Below, in pieces: positions 14,584-27,378 of a stretch of 64,000 nucleotides of DNA. Below the pieces are notes generated by a model. It saw only the letters and a program-made list of their open reading frames with translations, had not been told where the DNA came from and searched no databases. Origin of the DNA: Lingula anatina (Eukaryota; Animalia; Brachiopoda); contig CM120646.1 in the NCBI GenBank assembly GCA_051362555.1, positions 4,216,001 through 4,280,000 of the forward strand, read 5' to 3'. Numbering within the stretch: position 1 is the stretch's first letter; each line of letters opens with the position of its first letter. The position numbers were made by a program, and so were the translations under genes.

Positions 14584-14655
<72 letters not shown>

Positions 14656-15194
14656 GCTAAAGTTATTTAGATTTATTAACACGATCTTATAAAATATATT
14701 CAAGAGAATTTACATAACTGAAGCAAAAGTTGACTTCAGACTTGAGTGTTCATTTTGTGGTAGTATGGATATATCATTGATATTTTTGGTTTGTAGAGGA
14801 GCATTGTGCATAGATTTCGGAAGAACAGACAATCAGGTGATGCTGTTGAAGTGGATGCTATGGAAAGCAACAATGAATACGCCGTGCTAGACAGAAAAGA
14901 AGTTATAAGTAAGGTAATAATACCAACCAGGTAGCAGAAAGAATCCACGTGTTTTGTTTAGATTTAAAACGGTGTCTTACTTTGTAGTGCAGAGCCAAAG
15001 AAGTTCTTTTCGCCTGGTGTTTTGCGGAGAAATACGTGATATATTTGGGCCTTTTACTATTTGGTAGTAAGTTGCCATGAAACACCTTCCGTCTTGCAAA
15101 AAATATTTCATTTTTATACACATTTCAGCCGGATCACACTTACGCAGCACTTCAAGGAAGGATGACGTCATTCAATACACCACCAAGAAAATGA
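10991..15194 (+). CDS. IgSF receptor copy B, about 458 aa type I membrane protein (V, C1-like, I, stalk, TM, ITAM-like tail)
   Basis: Exons 10991-11054 (MGDKLHNIVRALWVYLNCCHQ), 12137-12490, 12802-13125, 13381-13641, 14175-14288 (Thr-rich), 14468-14544 (GVLVGAVVAAVVITFGVAVALFVLYH), 14797-14913 (...NEYAVLDRKEVISK) and 15129-15194 (PDHTYAALQGRMTSFNTPPRK*). Spliced length 1377 nt, open, all GT-AG. Confidence 0.9.
11109..11880. mobile_element. Truncated TIR DNA-transposon fragment in intron 1 of copy B
   Basis: Starts TA|GGGGAGACCGGGGCTAATTGGCCC with internal ttggcccc repeats and is absent from the paralogous introns of E and H. No right TIR found. Confidence 0.45.
14577..14652. repeat. poly-A plus (TA)n microsatellite
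   Basis: Directly visible. Confidence 0.95.
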
Positions 15195-16652
15195 GAAGTG
15201 CGCAGGACGGTTAACGAATGAGACATTCACATCATCAGAGCTGGGCCAAAGAATGTCAATTCCTCGGCCGGACAACGAACAGAATTAGAAAGAAAACTAA
15301 TCTGTAGATTTTAAAACGCTGATGTAAACAGCTGACGCTAAAACGGGTTCTAATCTATCAAAACTGCAAGGCTAAGCTACAAAGAAATGATTGCCAACTA
15401 TCACACGCCAGTGTTTTGATAGTGATTTTGTCGAAAACTAGAGCTGTTTATACAAGCTGAAACGTTTAAAATAGGCGTGGTCCGACGACTATTCAGTCAA
15501 AATGATTTCAAAGGCTGCCTGTTCGTAATTTGTGTGAGAAAGAAAAGTATTTTTTTTATTAGTAGGCCTATGTGGTAAAATAGCTGTACGTATTATCACT
15601 CACATTTAGGTGCATAAACACTTGCTTTTGCTTTCATGTTATTATTTCATAATATTATTGAGGTCATATTGACCAACAATAGTCCCGAGTATACGGAGAA
15701 AAAGGGCACAGTGAGAGGGTACATCCTCTGTGATTTTGTCAAGCTAAAACTTTTGACAAAAATTTTAAATCATAAACTCGTAGGCCGTATCATTATTGTA
15801 GATGGCATTGCCTAGTTCCCGTGAGGACATTGTTCGGTGGACTTGTGGTAATTGTACGTTCGGTGGACTTGCCGTTGAACTTAATGTTGGTCTCTTTCCC
15901 TTAAAATTTAGTGTTAGGGCGCATTCCCATAGATTTTAGATAGATCTATCCCCGTGGGCAGTCTCACTAGATTGTTGTCAGATAATTCGGCGTAAATGTC
16001 CGTCCCGCCTACTACAAGCTGGGCTAAAAGCTGGACTTTATAAGTTTCGCAATTAATATGCAGTTCTTCGTGATGTTTTTCTATGCTTTTAAGGGTTTTA
16101 AGAAGTTCAGCAAACGATAATGAAGAATGACCACATCAAGTTCGAGAAATAGAAATATGTACGGTTCCCAACCAAGTAATAACATTTATCTGTTAATTTT
16201 TTTTTGCTGTTTGTGGACAGAGCAACTCGTTTAAAAGATAAGTTCACATAAATTTGTGCAATTTTCGACATTCAAGCGATATAACACACTTTCACATTGT
16301 CCGTTTTTCTGGTACAGTGCCGCCGGAATCTCCCCTTACTTACCCTGCGGGTCGCTGCGGGTTGTACGGACGGCCTCTCTCGGTAACTATGGAAATAACA
16401 TTGTCATCCATACGCTGTTTGGTTTCTGTTAACAATAGTTCCATACCCTGTCCGTCGGGCAATTATCGTGACAAACTTTCTGCTAACAAAAGAGCCTAAC
16501 CCTAGCTCGCTGAGATAAAGATCGAAGGTGAGCGTGGTCGCAATTAAGTGTTCGTCCAAGCATTAATTGACCTTTAATGCGCGGTGGCTTCACTCTACTT
16601 TGATCACTCTACTCTGATACGGAGATTTTAAGTATAAGAACTTGCCAACAGT

Positions 16653-17539
16653 GAGCGCATTCTCAACGAATTAAGCCAGGCTTTACAAAGCCGGTGACCT
16701 AAAAATGGCGGACGTACATGAAAGAAAAACCGCCTTATCTTTTAATAGTCTCTCCGCCTCCCCACACGTCGTCCCTGCGGGGTACAGTAATTAAATCGCG
16801 TCTCCGTTCGCCATGCGGAAGCTACCTGAGAAATATTAAGTGCGCATGCTCATCAGTTAAAGGGATAATAACTCTTCGTTTCGGCCAAAAAATGAATTTT
16901 CCTGGAGTAAACAACAATTTTCCCATACTGACCAATGGTTAATGAATCCATTTTTACATTCAAAGTTAGTCCCTGGTTTTTTTCTAAAAAGTTTGGTTTT
17001 TTGTTAAAATCTCTTAAGAGATTTTAACAGAGTATAGCTATCAATGGAGGTCACGTGGTCTAAAGACAAGCTCAGATATCTGAATAATAGCTATAACTGC
17101 CATTTTTGTGGTAAAACAATATAAATTTTATTTCTATGAGTTATTCACAATGTTTTTAATGTGAAATATAGATCTCATACGAAGAGTTATTATCCCTTTA
17201 AACTCGTGGTGAAGAAAGCACCGCGGCTGAAGGCGATCGAAAGAAAAAAGCTCTTCTGTTCTATTATCTTTGAAAACAGAGACGAAAAAGGAATAATTTG
17301 GCCCGTAGAGCAGCAATGAATCGACTATCTACGGTGATAATATCACCAGAGATATTCACGGAAATATTAATGTTCGGAGCCGAGATTTAATTACTGTACC
17401 CCGCAGGGACGACGTGTGGGGAGGCGTGTGAGAGGCGGAGAGACTATTAAAAGATTAGGCGGTTTTTCTTTCATGTACGTCCGCCATTTTTAGGTCACCG
17501 GCTTTGTAAAGCCTGGCTTAATTCGTTGAGAATGCGCTC
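16653..17539. mobile_element. Long-TIR MITE nested in the Tc1 derivative
   Basis: About 150-bp terminal inverted repeats (GAGCGCATTCTCAACGAATTAAGCCAGG...). TSD is ambiguous (AGT, or CAGTG if the ends are shifted by 1 nt). Superfamily not assigned. Confidence 0.8.
16861..17197. mobile_element. Kolobok-like MITE (TTAA TSD) nested in the long-TIR MITE
   Basis: TTAA|AGGGATAATAACTCTTCG...CGAAGAGTTATTATCCCT|TTAA; same family as 9433-9768. Confidence 0.8.
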
Positions 17540-17721
17540 AGTGATATTTAAAGTCGCATTACCAAAAAGATTCGGTGATGACAGCAATTTTCATGTACAT
17601 TGTAGCTATGAATTGATTGAATTTACATAGAGTTTAATAAATGAATTTATGAATAACACTACTCGTACTTGTACATGTAATATTTATTAGGCTTCAAACT
17701 GTCTTTACTATATGCATATTA

Positions 17722-18117
17722 TTAACAAGATTGAAATTTATTTTTATAGTATGTCCTTATATTTCTATTAGCTTTGTTCATAGACGAAATGCATTTTTTC
17801 CAAAAAGACTTGTCAGTTGTTTGAGTAATAAACATTTTGTTAGCCATATCTTTAATATAGTTCAGTCTATATTTGCATATAGGATCTCTCCCATCTACAC
17901 CCGTAACATTTCTGTCCTTTCGTATTCGTTCATCAATCGTAAACAACCTTCCCATCAACTGAAGGCAAAAGTTGCCTGGGGAACTGGCCCGTTGTCGAAT
18001 TTCGAATATTTCTTTATTTGACAAGGCGACGGGTGGCCGGCCGAAAGACTGATTCCTTGATTCTGTAGGACACAAAGTAGGAACTGTTTCTCTGTCATTG
18101 TTTGATATGTAATTCAA
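17722..18117 (-). CDS. BEN-domain-like ORF (transposon cargo, possibly partial)
   Basis: SSPGNFCLQLMGRLFTIDER...NVTG...DPICKYRLNYIK...FWKKCISSMNKANRN fits the BEN pattern (LF..E, N..G, L..I, W......N). Recognised by eye, no HMM run. Confidence 0.65.
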   Translation of the reverse strand: MNYISNNDRETVPTLCPTESRNQSFGRPPVALSNKEIFEIRQRASSPGNFCLQLMGRLFTIDERIRKDRNVTGVDGRDPICKYRLNYIKDMANKMFITQTTDKSFWKKCISSMNKANRNIRTYYKNKFQSC

Positions 18118-18508
18118 AACGATAGGAATAGTTCATCTTTACGATCTAAAGCCCAAACTTAACCAAAAGCCTTCTTCATACTTAAAAGCATCAAAAGAAA
18201 TTAATTTAAAAAGCTGGATTACAATTTCTCGGGCTAACTTCACTGGTTGGCACGTGTCATCTCACATTAATCAACAATCAGTTCAGGTTAGCTTTATTCA
18301 TGCTGGGTAATCTAATCAATTGCACATAATTCTAAATCAACTGACACGTGTCAACAGGATTGTTTGTGTACCTGAACTTCCTAAATGGCCAATAAGTATT
18401 TTGTTTAATATGACATGTTTATGTCACTGATTTCCATGCCATCGTGTCACCTGCCAAGTGAACGGTATAAATCGACACTCAAATTTTCCAAATCATCACA
18501 ATTCCAAG

Positions 18509-18928
18509 ATGCCTCTTAGCGATTACGTGCGTCTGCGTATCATCGCCCTCCGAGAACAAGGGGTGCGAATTAAAAACATAACCGCACAAATGGAAAATGA
18601 AGGCCATAAAGTGTCGCGACAAGCCATTTACTATGTGTTAAAGAAATACGACGAGTGCACGATACAAATGGAATCTAACAGTAAGCTGATGTATTAATTG
18701 GTTTCGCTCCCCTCCAGAAAGCCCCGACCTTAACCCTATTGAAAACGTATGGGCTAAAATCAAACATCACCTGCGTACGCGTGTTAAGCCTACCACGAGA
18801 GAACAACTTGTTGACGGCATTAGAGAGGCATGGGAAATATTAACGCAGAAAAGTCTAATAAATATATTAATCACCTAAAGGTGATTCCAGCGGTAATTGA
18901 GCGAGAAGGTCGTGCATCAGGCTACTAA
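18509..18928 (+). pseudogene. Internally deleted Tc1-like transposase
   Basis: N-terminal HTH MPLSDYVRLRIIALREQG...VSRQAIYYVLKKY joined to a C-terminal WFRSPPESPDLNPIENVWAKIK...GRASGY* segment. The central DDE region is missing and frameshifts are present. Confidence 0.85.
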
Positions 18929-20094
18929 ATTAGCAACACATGTAATAAAGGTAATGAGGCATTGATATTTATTTGATGTTTTAGCTATTTAAAATTTTCC
19001 ATTTTAACTACGCTGTTGTTGATTGTGACTTATTATCATCAAATAAAATTGTTATACGTGTTTTAAAACTAAGCCTGATTTGTTCTTCAGAGTTTTGTTC
19101 TAATATTCGACTTGCCTTTACTCAAGTCTTCTGTTGCAGTTGATACATAACCCGGTATTGTTTGCTCGTGTCGATAGCAATCTCTTTGCATCAGCTATAA
19201 TAGAAACCTTACGTGAGGCAATTAAGAAGGGGCAGACCGTGTTCGTTGAACCGACTAATTTGGGTGTCCGATAAGGATTGCTTGGGGATTCCCCTACCCT
19301 GTAATTATCATACGGCCTCTATTGTTCGACCATATGGGGCAGGGTTGGGAAACCATACGGCCATTTGGTAAGGGGACATTCCGGCGGCACTGTAACTTTT
19401 ATCACAAAATTAAGCATGGCCCAAGACTTGGTTGTGAATTACAATCTGGTGCCAGCAATTGTTTTTAATTTTGGTTTAAGGGATGCGTGCCCCAAATTAC
19501 GTCCCATTTTACATATTAGTCGTCGGACTAATTCTTCTATGATACTTGTTCTCTTTAAAGATTTTTAAGCCAAAATTGCCCGTCAATGTAAAACAGACAA
19601 AAACCATAAAAGGAAACGCACATCTCGTCAAATGACTTTATAGTGAGTAGTGATGGCTGAGGTAATTTTTTATGATGATATCTAACTTTGTTTTAGGCTA
19701 TCTCGGATGCTTTCTGTTACAGCAAATTAAAAACCGGGCTGGTGTTAATATCCAAGGAGATGCAAACCGACTTTTTAAAATAGACCACTTTGTGGAAAAG
19801 CAAAAATTCACAAACAAAGACAAAACTCTGTAAAAAAAAACCAATCCAGTTGATTGTCGAGCTTGAGGTGTATTGTGAATTTGAGAAAAAACTTTTACGT
19901 TCGTATCAACATAGTTCTATTTCACCGTCCTAAATTACCTTCACCAAAAGTCATAAAGATAAGCTAAGTGTGACACTTGACTTCATGTCAAACCTTATCA
20001 ATATTTTTTCTAAACAATCACGCTGTAGGAGAGTAATAAAACAATAGTACAGTTCGAGGACAAAGTGAAGCTCAGTTGACAAGCAGCGTTCAAA

Positions 20095-20158
20095 ATGGGC
20101 GACAAACTACATAATATTGTGAGGGCACTGTGGGTTTACCTGGTTTGTTGCCATCAAG
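20095..20158 (+). CDS. Extra (distal) leader exon upstream of copy C
   Basis: MGDKLHNIVRALWVYLVCCHQ followed by G|GTGAG; intact ATG and phase-1 donor. Confidence 0.6.
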
Positions 20159-20820
20159 GTGAGATTTACATGCAAGGTACTGCATTCGTTATGTGAGGGT
20201 CCTTTTTCACTACATTGGGAATCCTTTTTTACCACCTTGGACCCCATGCTATGCATTAAATACGCCACTTAAAGTAAAAACCCTGGAGTTGGGCACAATG
20301 GGCTCAGCTTTAGATAACGCAATCTGTTAAACTGCTAAGGAGATTCCCAGGCTCTGCACACAGAAAAGAATAAAACGACTCCATGTTGTAACGCCAGCAG
20401 AATATATTTTGTCAAACTAACAGTTACATAATACAATCTTGATCCATCCAAATTGATCCATCCCCTCTAAGTTCACAGATTTTTGTGCTTAACGCTATCA
20501 ATTAAAATGTCAATCAGGTAAATCAATAACTGATTGATGAATACAAATCCAAGTCCTCCCCGGCAAGGTGGGCACAAACAAAAGCAGAGCAAAGATATGC
20601 ATTGTAACCAGACAACCAGACTTTGAGTTTGAAAATAACATTAACGTTAATATTAAAACCAGTTCACTATCACGGTTTCACTGTCCTTATTTTTACATCA
20701 AGTGTCACAACGATAACCTCATGTACATTTTTTTCTAAACAAGCACGCTGTTGTTAGATGAATAGTTAAACACGGAAGTAATGTAGCTCGGGGACAAAGT
20801 TGAGGTCAGCAGCGTTCAAA

Positions 20821-22603
20821 ATGGGCGACAAACTATATAATATTGTGCGGGCACTGTGGGTTTACCTGGTTTGCTGCCATCAAGGTAAGAATTACCTGAA
20901 AATATGAGTAAGATACTTTAACTGCACTAGAAACTAACCGATACTGCTGAACAAACTACTGCTGAACATCCTGGGGTGCGGTTTATTAGGTTTACTGGGA
21001 ACGCTCAAGATTGTGCAACTCCTCCACAGTGTGATGTTCACTGGTCGCAAGTTAACTCGAAGTTAAACCGTTACTGTCCTTTGTCTCCAGCCAGGTAATC
21101 TTTTAAATGTGTATTGAATGGGCCCTTGTGTGTCCACCTTCCGGGGGCGAACTTGAATTTGAGTGAACCAATCAGTTTATGATTAACTGATTGGTATTTG
21201 AATTGATGAAGTTTAACGTAAAAGCTGTGAACTTAAATACTAATTAAAAGGAGAGGTTTGGATTGAAGTTTAGATATGACCATGCTTGTACCATGTAACT
21301 TTGAGTAAAGCAAAATATATACATACCTAGGGATGTTATGTGACCGTGGCGTTATGATGATCACTGAAGCCTGTTAATTTAGACAAGCTTCAGTGAAGAT
21401 CGAGTTTGATTTTGACCATATTCCGTCACCGCCTCGTCGTCAGAAATATCACCAAAAAGTAAATTTCTTTCTCCTTTGCATTTGTGAAAAATTAGTTTGA
21501 CTATATACCCGTCCGACGCTCCTTGTTTATCAGAAATGTCACTTAAAAGTAGAGGTTTTGCCTTCTTCAGCAGGCCCAGCTAGGTGTGGCTCAACTGAGA
21601 AGCGCACGGTCGGTGTCGACGATTGCTTCAATACTTTTCACGCCAGTTGAACGTCCATGACAAGTATTTAGCAAAAATTGAACAAATTGGTCAGACATTA
21701 CGTAAGAATTTGGTGGGAGGTGGCCAGCGCACGTGGACGAGTTTATTTCATATAACATCTCTAGAGCGTGATATAGGGTCACTTTATTCGGTTTTAGGGG
21801 TGTTTTAGGATGAAATGACTGTATTTTTTCTCGGTATGTATGTCAAATAATACACTGTCACCCTCTCGCGATATATGCCATGAACACCTCTCGCTGACGC
21901 TCGAGGTGTTATGGCATATATCGCTCGGGTGACAGTGTATTATCTCACACATAATCTGTTGAAATTACAACATATAGCCATCTCATTCTTCTCTGAGGGC
22001 AGAGTTTAAGACAGAGTATTGGAATCTCTGTAACAGTTTTAAGGATCGCGTTATCAAAAGAAGAGAGATCATAAAGCCCAGCCGCTAAAGGGTTATTCAG
22101 GATTTTTGGCCTTTACTGTGACAAACTTTTACTTCGAATAAATCTTGTGAATATTATGCAAGCGTGCACGTGCTTAACAAAAAAGGTCCCTTTGTGGCAA
22201 GTCCGTCCCCTTTTTCAAGGGCTACTTCGACCCTTGCCATGTATGTCACAACGCTAATTCTGATGGAAACTGGACAAAACGACACCGTCCATTTTTTAAT
22301 GCCAACACTTAATATCTATCAGAATAATCAGATGTAGATAATGTGCTGTTAATTGACAAAATAATGATAGAAAATATTTTAATAAATCTTGTAATATTTC
22401 GGTCAATGCTTTTGCTGGTATTGTTGTTGCAACGTTATTTTTAAAATTGTCAGAGGTGAGCAATACTGTAGTGTTGTCTGCAAAGTTGACTCCGCTACTC
22501 AGTTTTATCGAGTAAAATGCATAGAAATTAAAAAAGTATTTTTTGTACTGGATTTTAGTGTATCTGCACACTTAGTCTAGACATTTTAAAAGTGAATTTA
22601 TTC

Positions 22604-22637
<34 letters not shown>

Positions 22638-25600
22638 ACAGGGCATTTGTAATGCTAACACTACAAACAGGGTATTTAAATGAACTTCCTTCTAAAAAAA
22701 TCTGAAAGTCGTTCTAATAAATGGTTTTCGGTGAAAAGTATTAACAACTCACAAGCAAGGGGACTTGTTGTTATACATGAATCCCGTTTTACTACATGTA
22801 AAGCTTGGTCTTAACTTTAAGATCGCCATTATAGTCTCCTTTAACAAAAGATAAATCATTGGCAGACCAATGGTCTGAACTATAGGGTCTGTTTTGTAAC
22901 AGGAAAGACGCGGTAAATGTTTCAGACCAATGTTTTATTCGAGTGAGCTTCTGTGCATGGGTTTATCATGAACTTATGCAGACATGATTTTTTGGTTTAA
23001 CCATTTATATCGATTTGAGCCTGCAATTCTAATGTAAAACCGACATGCACACTTGATGCACAGGCCTACTCCAGATTTCGCTAGGTGCACATTATTAATC
23101 ATTATTGTTCAGTCTCATCCAAAAACGCGTTTTAATATCGAGCTCGAGGATAGGCCGCAGTATTTTGTCTAGATTTTAAACAACAAAATAATTTTCTTGT
23201 ACACTGTAGTGCTTTCTTTTGACGTGACAACATCCGGACACACTTACGTTCAAGCAGGATCACAGACCACGTTGACATGTCAATGGACAACACCAGCTGG
23301 CGTTGATCTTCTAAGAGTGAACTGGAGACAAGGTTCTACAATAATAGCGGCTGCTATCACACCTAACTTTACACCAATATATCCAGAAGCAAGTATTGAG
23401 GACCGTGTGGCACTGGGCACTCTAACCTCCTCAAGTACCAGTGCATCAATAACATTAACAGTATTACAGTGTCCAGGTGATATAGCAGAGTATTCATGTG
23501 ATGTTACCACCTATGCACTACAAGACGATAGTGGAACAGCGAGTTTCAGTGTTGATCTATTTAGTAAGTGCAAAATAGAAACATGTTTTCATTTCAAATT
23601 CCTTAAGGTTTGAAGTAAATTAAATTGGTATTGATTATCATTTTTTTTTTTTTTTGCAAAAGTAAATATCCATGAGTGTATCGAAGTATGTTCTGTTGTA
23701 TGATTTACACTTCTTTTTTGTGAAACTTGAATGATTGAAAGTTGGTTAAAATAATTTCTACATGTATTTACAATGTGTATGCCATGTGCTGTTCATTATG
23801 GTAATATGATAACTTATTCTCTAGATTTCTTGGGAAATAATATCACAACCATATCCTCATCAAGTCAGTTGCAAGCAGGCCAGAATGCCTCCCTGACTTG
23901 TACAGCCAGTAATATTGGGCGACCACCAGGCATCATGAAGTGGTACAAAGGCTCTCAAGAAATCACCACTGGATTTACTCAGCAGACAAGTATAAATAGT
24001 GATGGTTGTACATATAATGGAGTTAGTAGTCTGAGTATTACACCGACATACCTGGATGATGGGGTTATGTATACATGTGTTGTTGAACCAAACTCTGCAG
24101 TGACTGGAGACTCCTCAAAGCAAGGAAGGTATACACTGGATGTACAATGTAAGTATCCTATGGTGAAGAATTATGGCAATAGTGTTCTCAGATAAATTTA
24201 TAGAAACCCTTTTCATCGCCAATTTTGTTCAGTTGCCAAAAGATTTTATTTGCATTTAATTTATCCATTCATGTTACCCAGAAAGACGTTTATAAAAGAG
24301 TTCTTAATAATGCATTGTTTGACATCTTTTCTGTTTAAGCTAAGTTCCAAGAATGGTTTTGATTTGTAATTATTTGCTGTATTTTCACTTTCTCTATACA
24401 AAAGTAGAACGATGAATCTTTGTCTTTCCACATTTGGCATTTATTTTACTTGACTATTTTCATCATTTCATTTCAGACCCAGTACCACAGGTGCCAAGGG
24501 TGACATCATCCACTGGTACATTTACAGTTGAGCAGGGAACAACTTTTACTCTCAACTGTCAGGCAAGAGGCAATCCAAGTCCAAACTATGTATGGACCAG
24601 TCCAGATAATACCAACTGTACTGGCTCTCAACTTATGCTGACACTGTCCAATACTGGAACGTATTGGTATACTTGCTTTGCCACCAACAGTTTGACGACA
24701 ACACCATTTTCAACAGGTGTCAAAGTGACAGTAGAAGGTAGGTGCTATATCAAAATTGAAATCGTGGAAAAGTTGGCCACGCTGTATGAAATATCTCCAT
24801 GTTTTCGTTATTGGTATTTGTGTTTTAGAAGGGGTTCGTTGATAAACAGAAATTCAAGGGACCCCTAATGCTGTTATCTCCATCTGTTGCATTTAGAGAT
24901 AAAACACAAAGCAGAGCAAAGATAAGCATTGTTACCAGGCATCCAGACAAGGTCTTCCCAGTCACCAAGGTGCTCATACCTTTATCACACCGTGAAATGT
25001 TCCACAACTAAAAAAATCTGCCACGAGTAAAATCCACGGCCCCCATGTAAGTCTAGAAATTTAGAATTCAGAATACGTTTTGAGCATGGTAACAATTGTT
25101 TAAACGGTTGCAGACAGCTAGGACATACCTTTTTTATTAAGGGAAAAGTGCTGAAATTTCCTTTCCTTTTTAAAGAGCAAATGTGATGATTTTGTTGTCC
25201 TATGCTTGATAGAGAAAATTACTACAACAACAACAACATCCACGACAACATCAAGGACAACATCAACGACACCAGTAGCAGTAGCATCGTCAACAACTCA
25301 CACACTTACAGGAGGCGAGGTTCTACATAGCACAGGTAATGGGCGGGCTGAATGGAAATGTGTTTAATCTTTGACCCCACATTTAGCGGATCAAATATTT
25401 TAAAACGTATTTGGAGTACTTAGATGCAAAATGTTCTTTTCGTTGTGTTGTTCAATTTGATGTTGTTTTGCGTTAATGTGCCTTTTTATTTTATAATTTT
25501 GCATCTCTTAGGCGTGTTGGTTGGCGCAGTTGTGGCAGCAGTGATAATAACACTTGTCGTCGCGGTTGCTTTATTTGTTCTGTATCATGTGAGTAGAAAA

Positions 25601-26218
25601 AATTACAGTTATGTTTTTATTTCACTTTAGTCCTCTGGTAAGAAATTACACTAGTTATTTTATGATGATTCAAAAGTCAAAATTTCATAAACGCAATGAT
25701 CTTTTAAAATATATTGAAGAGAAGATAAATGAATAAATTACAGACTAGTGTGCACATTTTGTTATACACTGGATGTACATTGTACATGTGACATTGACGT
25801 TTTCCTATTGTAGAGAGGTATTCTGCATAGATTTTGGAAAAATAGACAATCTGCAGACACTGTTGAAGTGGATTTTACGGAAGACAATAATGAATACGCC
25901 GTGCTAGAAAGAAAACCAGATGTTAATGAGGTAAAGTAGATGGAATCCACGTGTTTTCTTTGTATTGCACAGCCAAAAAAATTGAATTCATCTGGTATTT
26001 TGCTCTTTGTCCTATTGTTGGACTCCTGGCGTTTATTGGACAGAGAAATACACGCGGTATATTTGGGTCTTTTATTATTTGACAGTAAGCTGCCATGAAA
26101 CACCTTGCGTCTTGCAAAAATATTTCATTCTTTATCCACACGTTTATTTCAGCCGGATCACACTTACGCAGCACTTAAAGGAAAGATGACGTCATTCAAT
26201 ACGCCACCAAGAAAATAA
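20821..26218 (+). CDS. IgSF receptor copy C, complete type I membrane protein with ITAM-like tail
   Basis: Exons 20821-20884, 23210-23563, 23825-24148, 24477-24737, 25213-25335, 25512-25588, 25814-25930 (RGILHRFWKNRQ...NEYAVLERKPDVNE) and 26153-26218 (PDHTYAALKGKMTSFNTPPRK*). Open reading frame, GT-AG junctions. Confidence 0.9.
21847..21943. repeat. Long imperfect hairpin (second copy at 53918-54014)
   Basis: ATAATACACTGTCACCC..GCGATATATGCCAT..AACACCTC, loop, then GAGGTGTT.ATGGCATATATCGC..GGGTGACAGTGTATTAT. Confidence 0.85.
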
Positions 26219-27378
26219 CTAGCAGAAGTTCCCAGGACAGTAAACGAACGCAACATCTACATCATCTTCACTGGACCAAAGAACGTCAATTCCTCGGTTG
26301 GACAACGAACAGAATTAGAAAGAAAACTAATGTGTTAGATATCATAGCGCTGTTGTTAACAGCTGACATTAAAACGGGTTCCGATCTGTCCAAACCACCA
26401 AGCTAACAATTCAACGAAAATACAGTGTATTTTGATAGTGATTTTGTCGAAAACAAGAACTGCTTATATGAGCTCAAACGCTAAAAATAGTCCTTGTTCG
26501 ACCAATGTCCAAAAGTATTTTGGGGGATGCCTGTTCTTAATTTGTGTGAGAAAGGAATTATATTTACGGTAAAATAGCTGTAGGTATTATCACTCACATT
26601 TTAAGTTTATTGACACTCTCATTCGCTTTCATATTATTTATTTCATGACATTATCGAGGGTTATATTAATCAAATACAGTGTCGAGTGTACTACGGAGTG
26701 AAAGATACACAGTGAAAGAAACACAGTGAAAGATACACGGCCTCCGTAGCCTCTATGAATTTTTCAAGCTCAAACTTCTGACAAAATTTAAAAATCGTAA
26801 ACTCGTAGGCCGTATCATTATGATAGATGGCATTGCACAGTTCCCGTGAGGGCATTGTTCAGTGGACTTGCGGTAATTGTACATGTTCGGTGGACTTGCC
26901 GTTGAACTTAATGTTGGTCTCTTTCCCTTAAAATTTAGTATTTTTCACAGTTTCCTTATTCTTACCACATGGAGGAAAATCCTAGGGGGCTGTGCCAACA
27001 ACGTATCGATCGCACGGAAGGCTTACGGCACCTGAATTGAGACTAAAAGGGTTCTGTAGGATTACTTTTCAACAGAAAAACTTATTTTTTTCTACATGAC
27101 CTACTCGGCATGTATCTAGGCTTTTCCTGCTGTCTACAGGTAGAATCTCAGTTGAATCAATGATCCAGAAATAAAACCTAGCATGAATCTTTTCTATTTT
27201 TCAGATTTGTGTTTACTCGACCTAAAATTATACCCTTGTCTTTGATGAGGACATTTCTTAGATGTCTTCACAATACAATCTCGCTTTTATCAATAAATGT
27301 TTTTTTAAATCTTTTTGGTTAAAACCTGAAGGACCTTATTAGCTTTGCAATCAATATGTATTTCTTTGGTGATGTTTT

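Larger units (their letters stand above)
16315..19392 (+). mobile_element. Non-autonomous Tc1/mariner derivative carrying a BEN-domain ORF
   Basis: 25-bp TIRs CAGTGCCGCCGGAAT(C/G)TCCCCTTAC with TA TSD at 16313-16314 and 19393-19394. The empty site is present in the paralogous spacer (ctggTAactttt near 51479). Contains transposase remnants. Confidence 0.9.

Noticed and set aside
14380-14670. Hydrophobic ORFs starting MQNV(L/V)FVVLFNL (also at 25424, 42195, 49636, 59875) as separate small membrane proteins
   Set aside because: They are the 77-nt TM exon plus T-rich flanking intron.
14875-14889. Calling the tail motifs canonical ITIMs
   Set aside because: Position -2 is N (NEYAVL) or H (HTYAAL), not I/V/L/S. 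The paired spacing fits an ITAM better.
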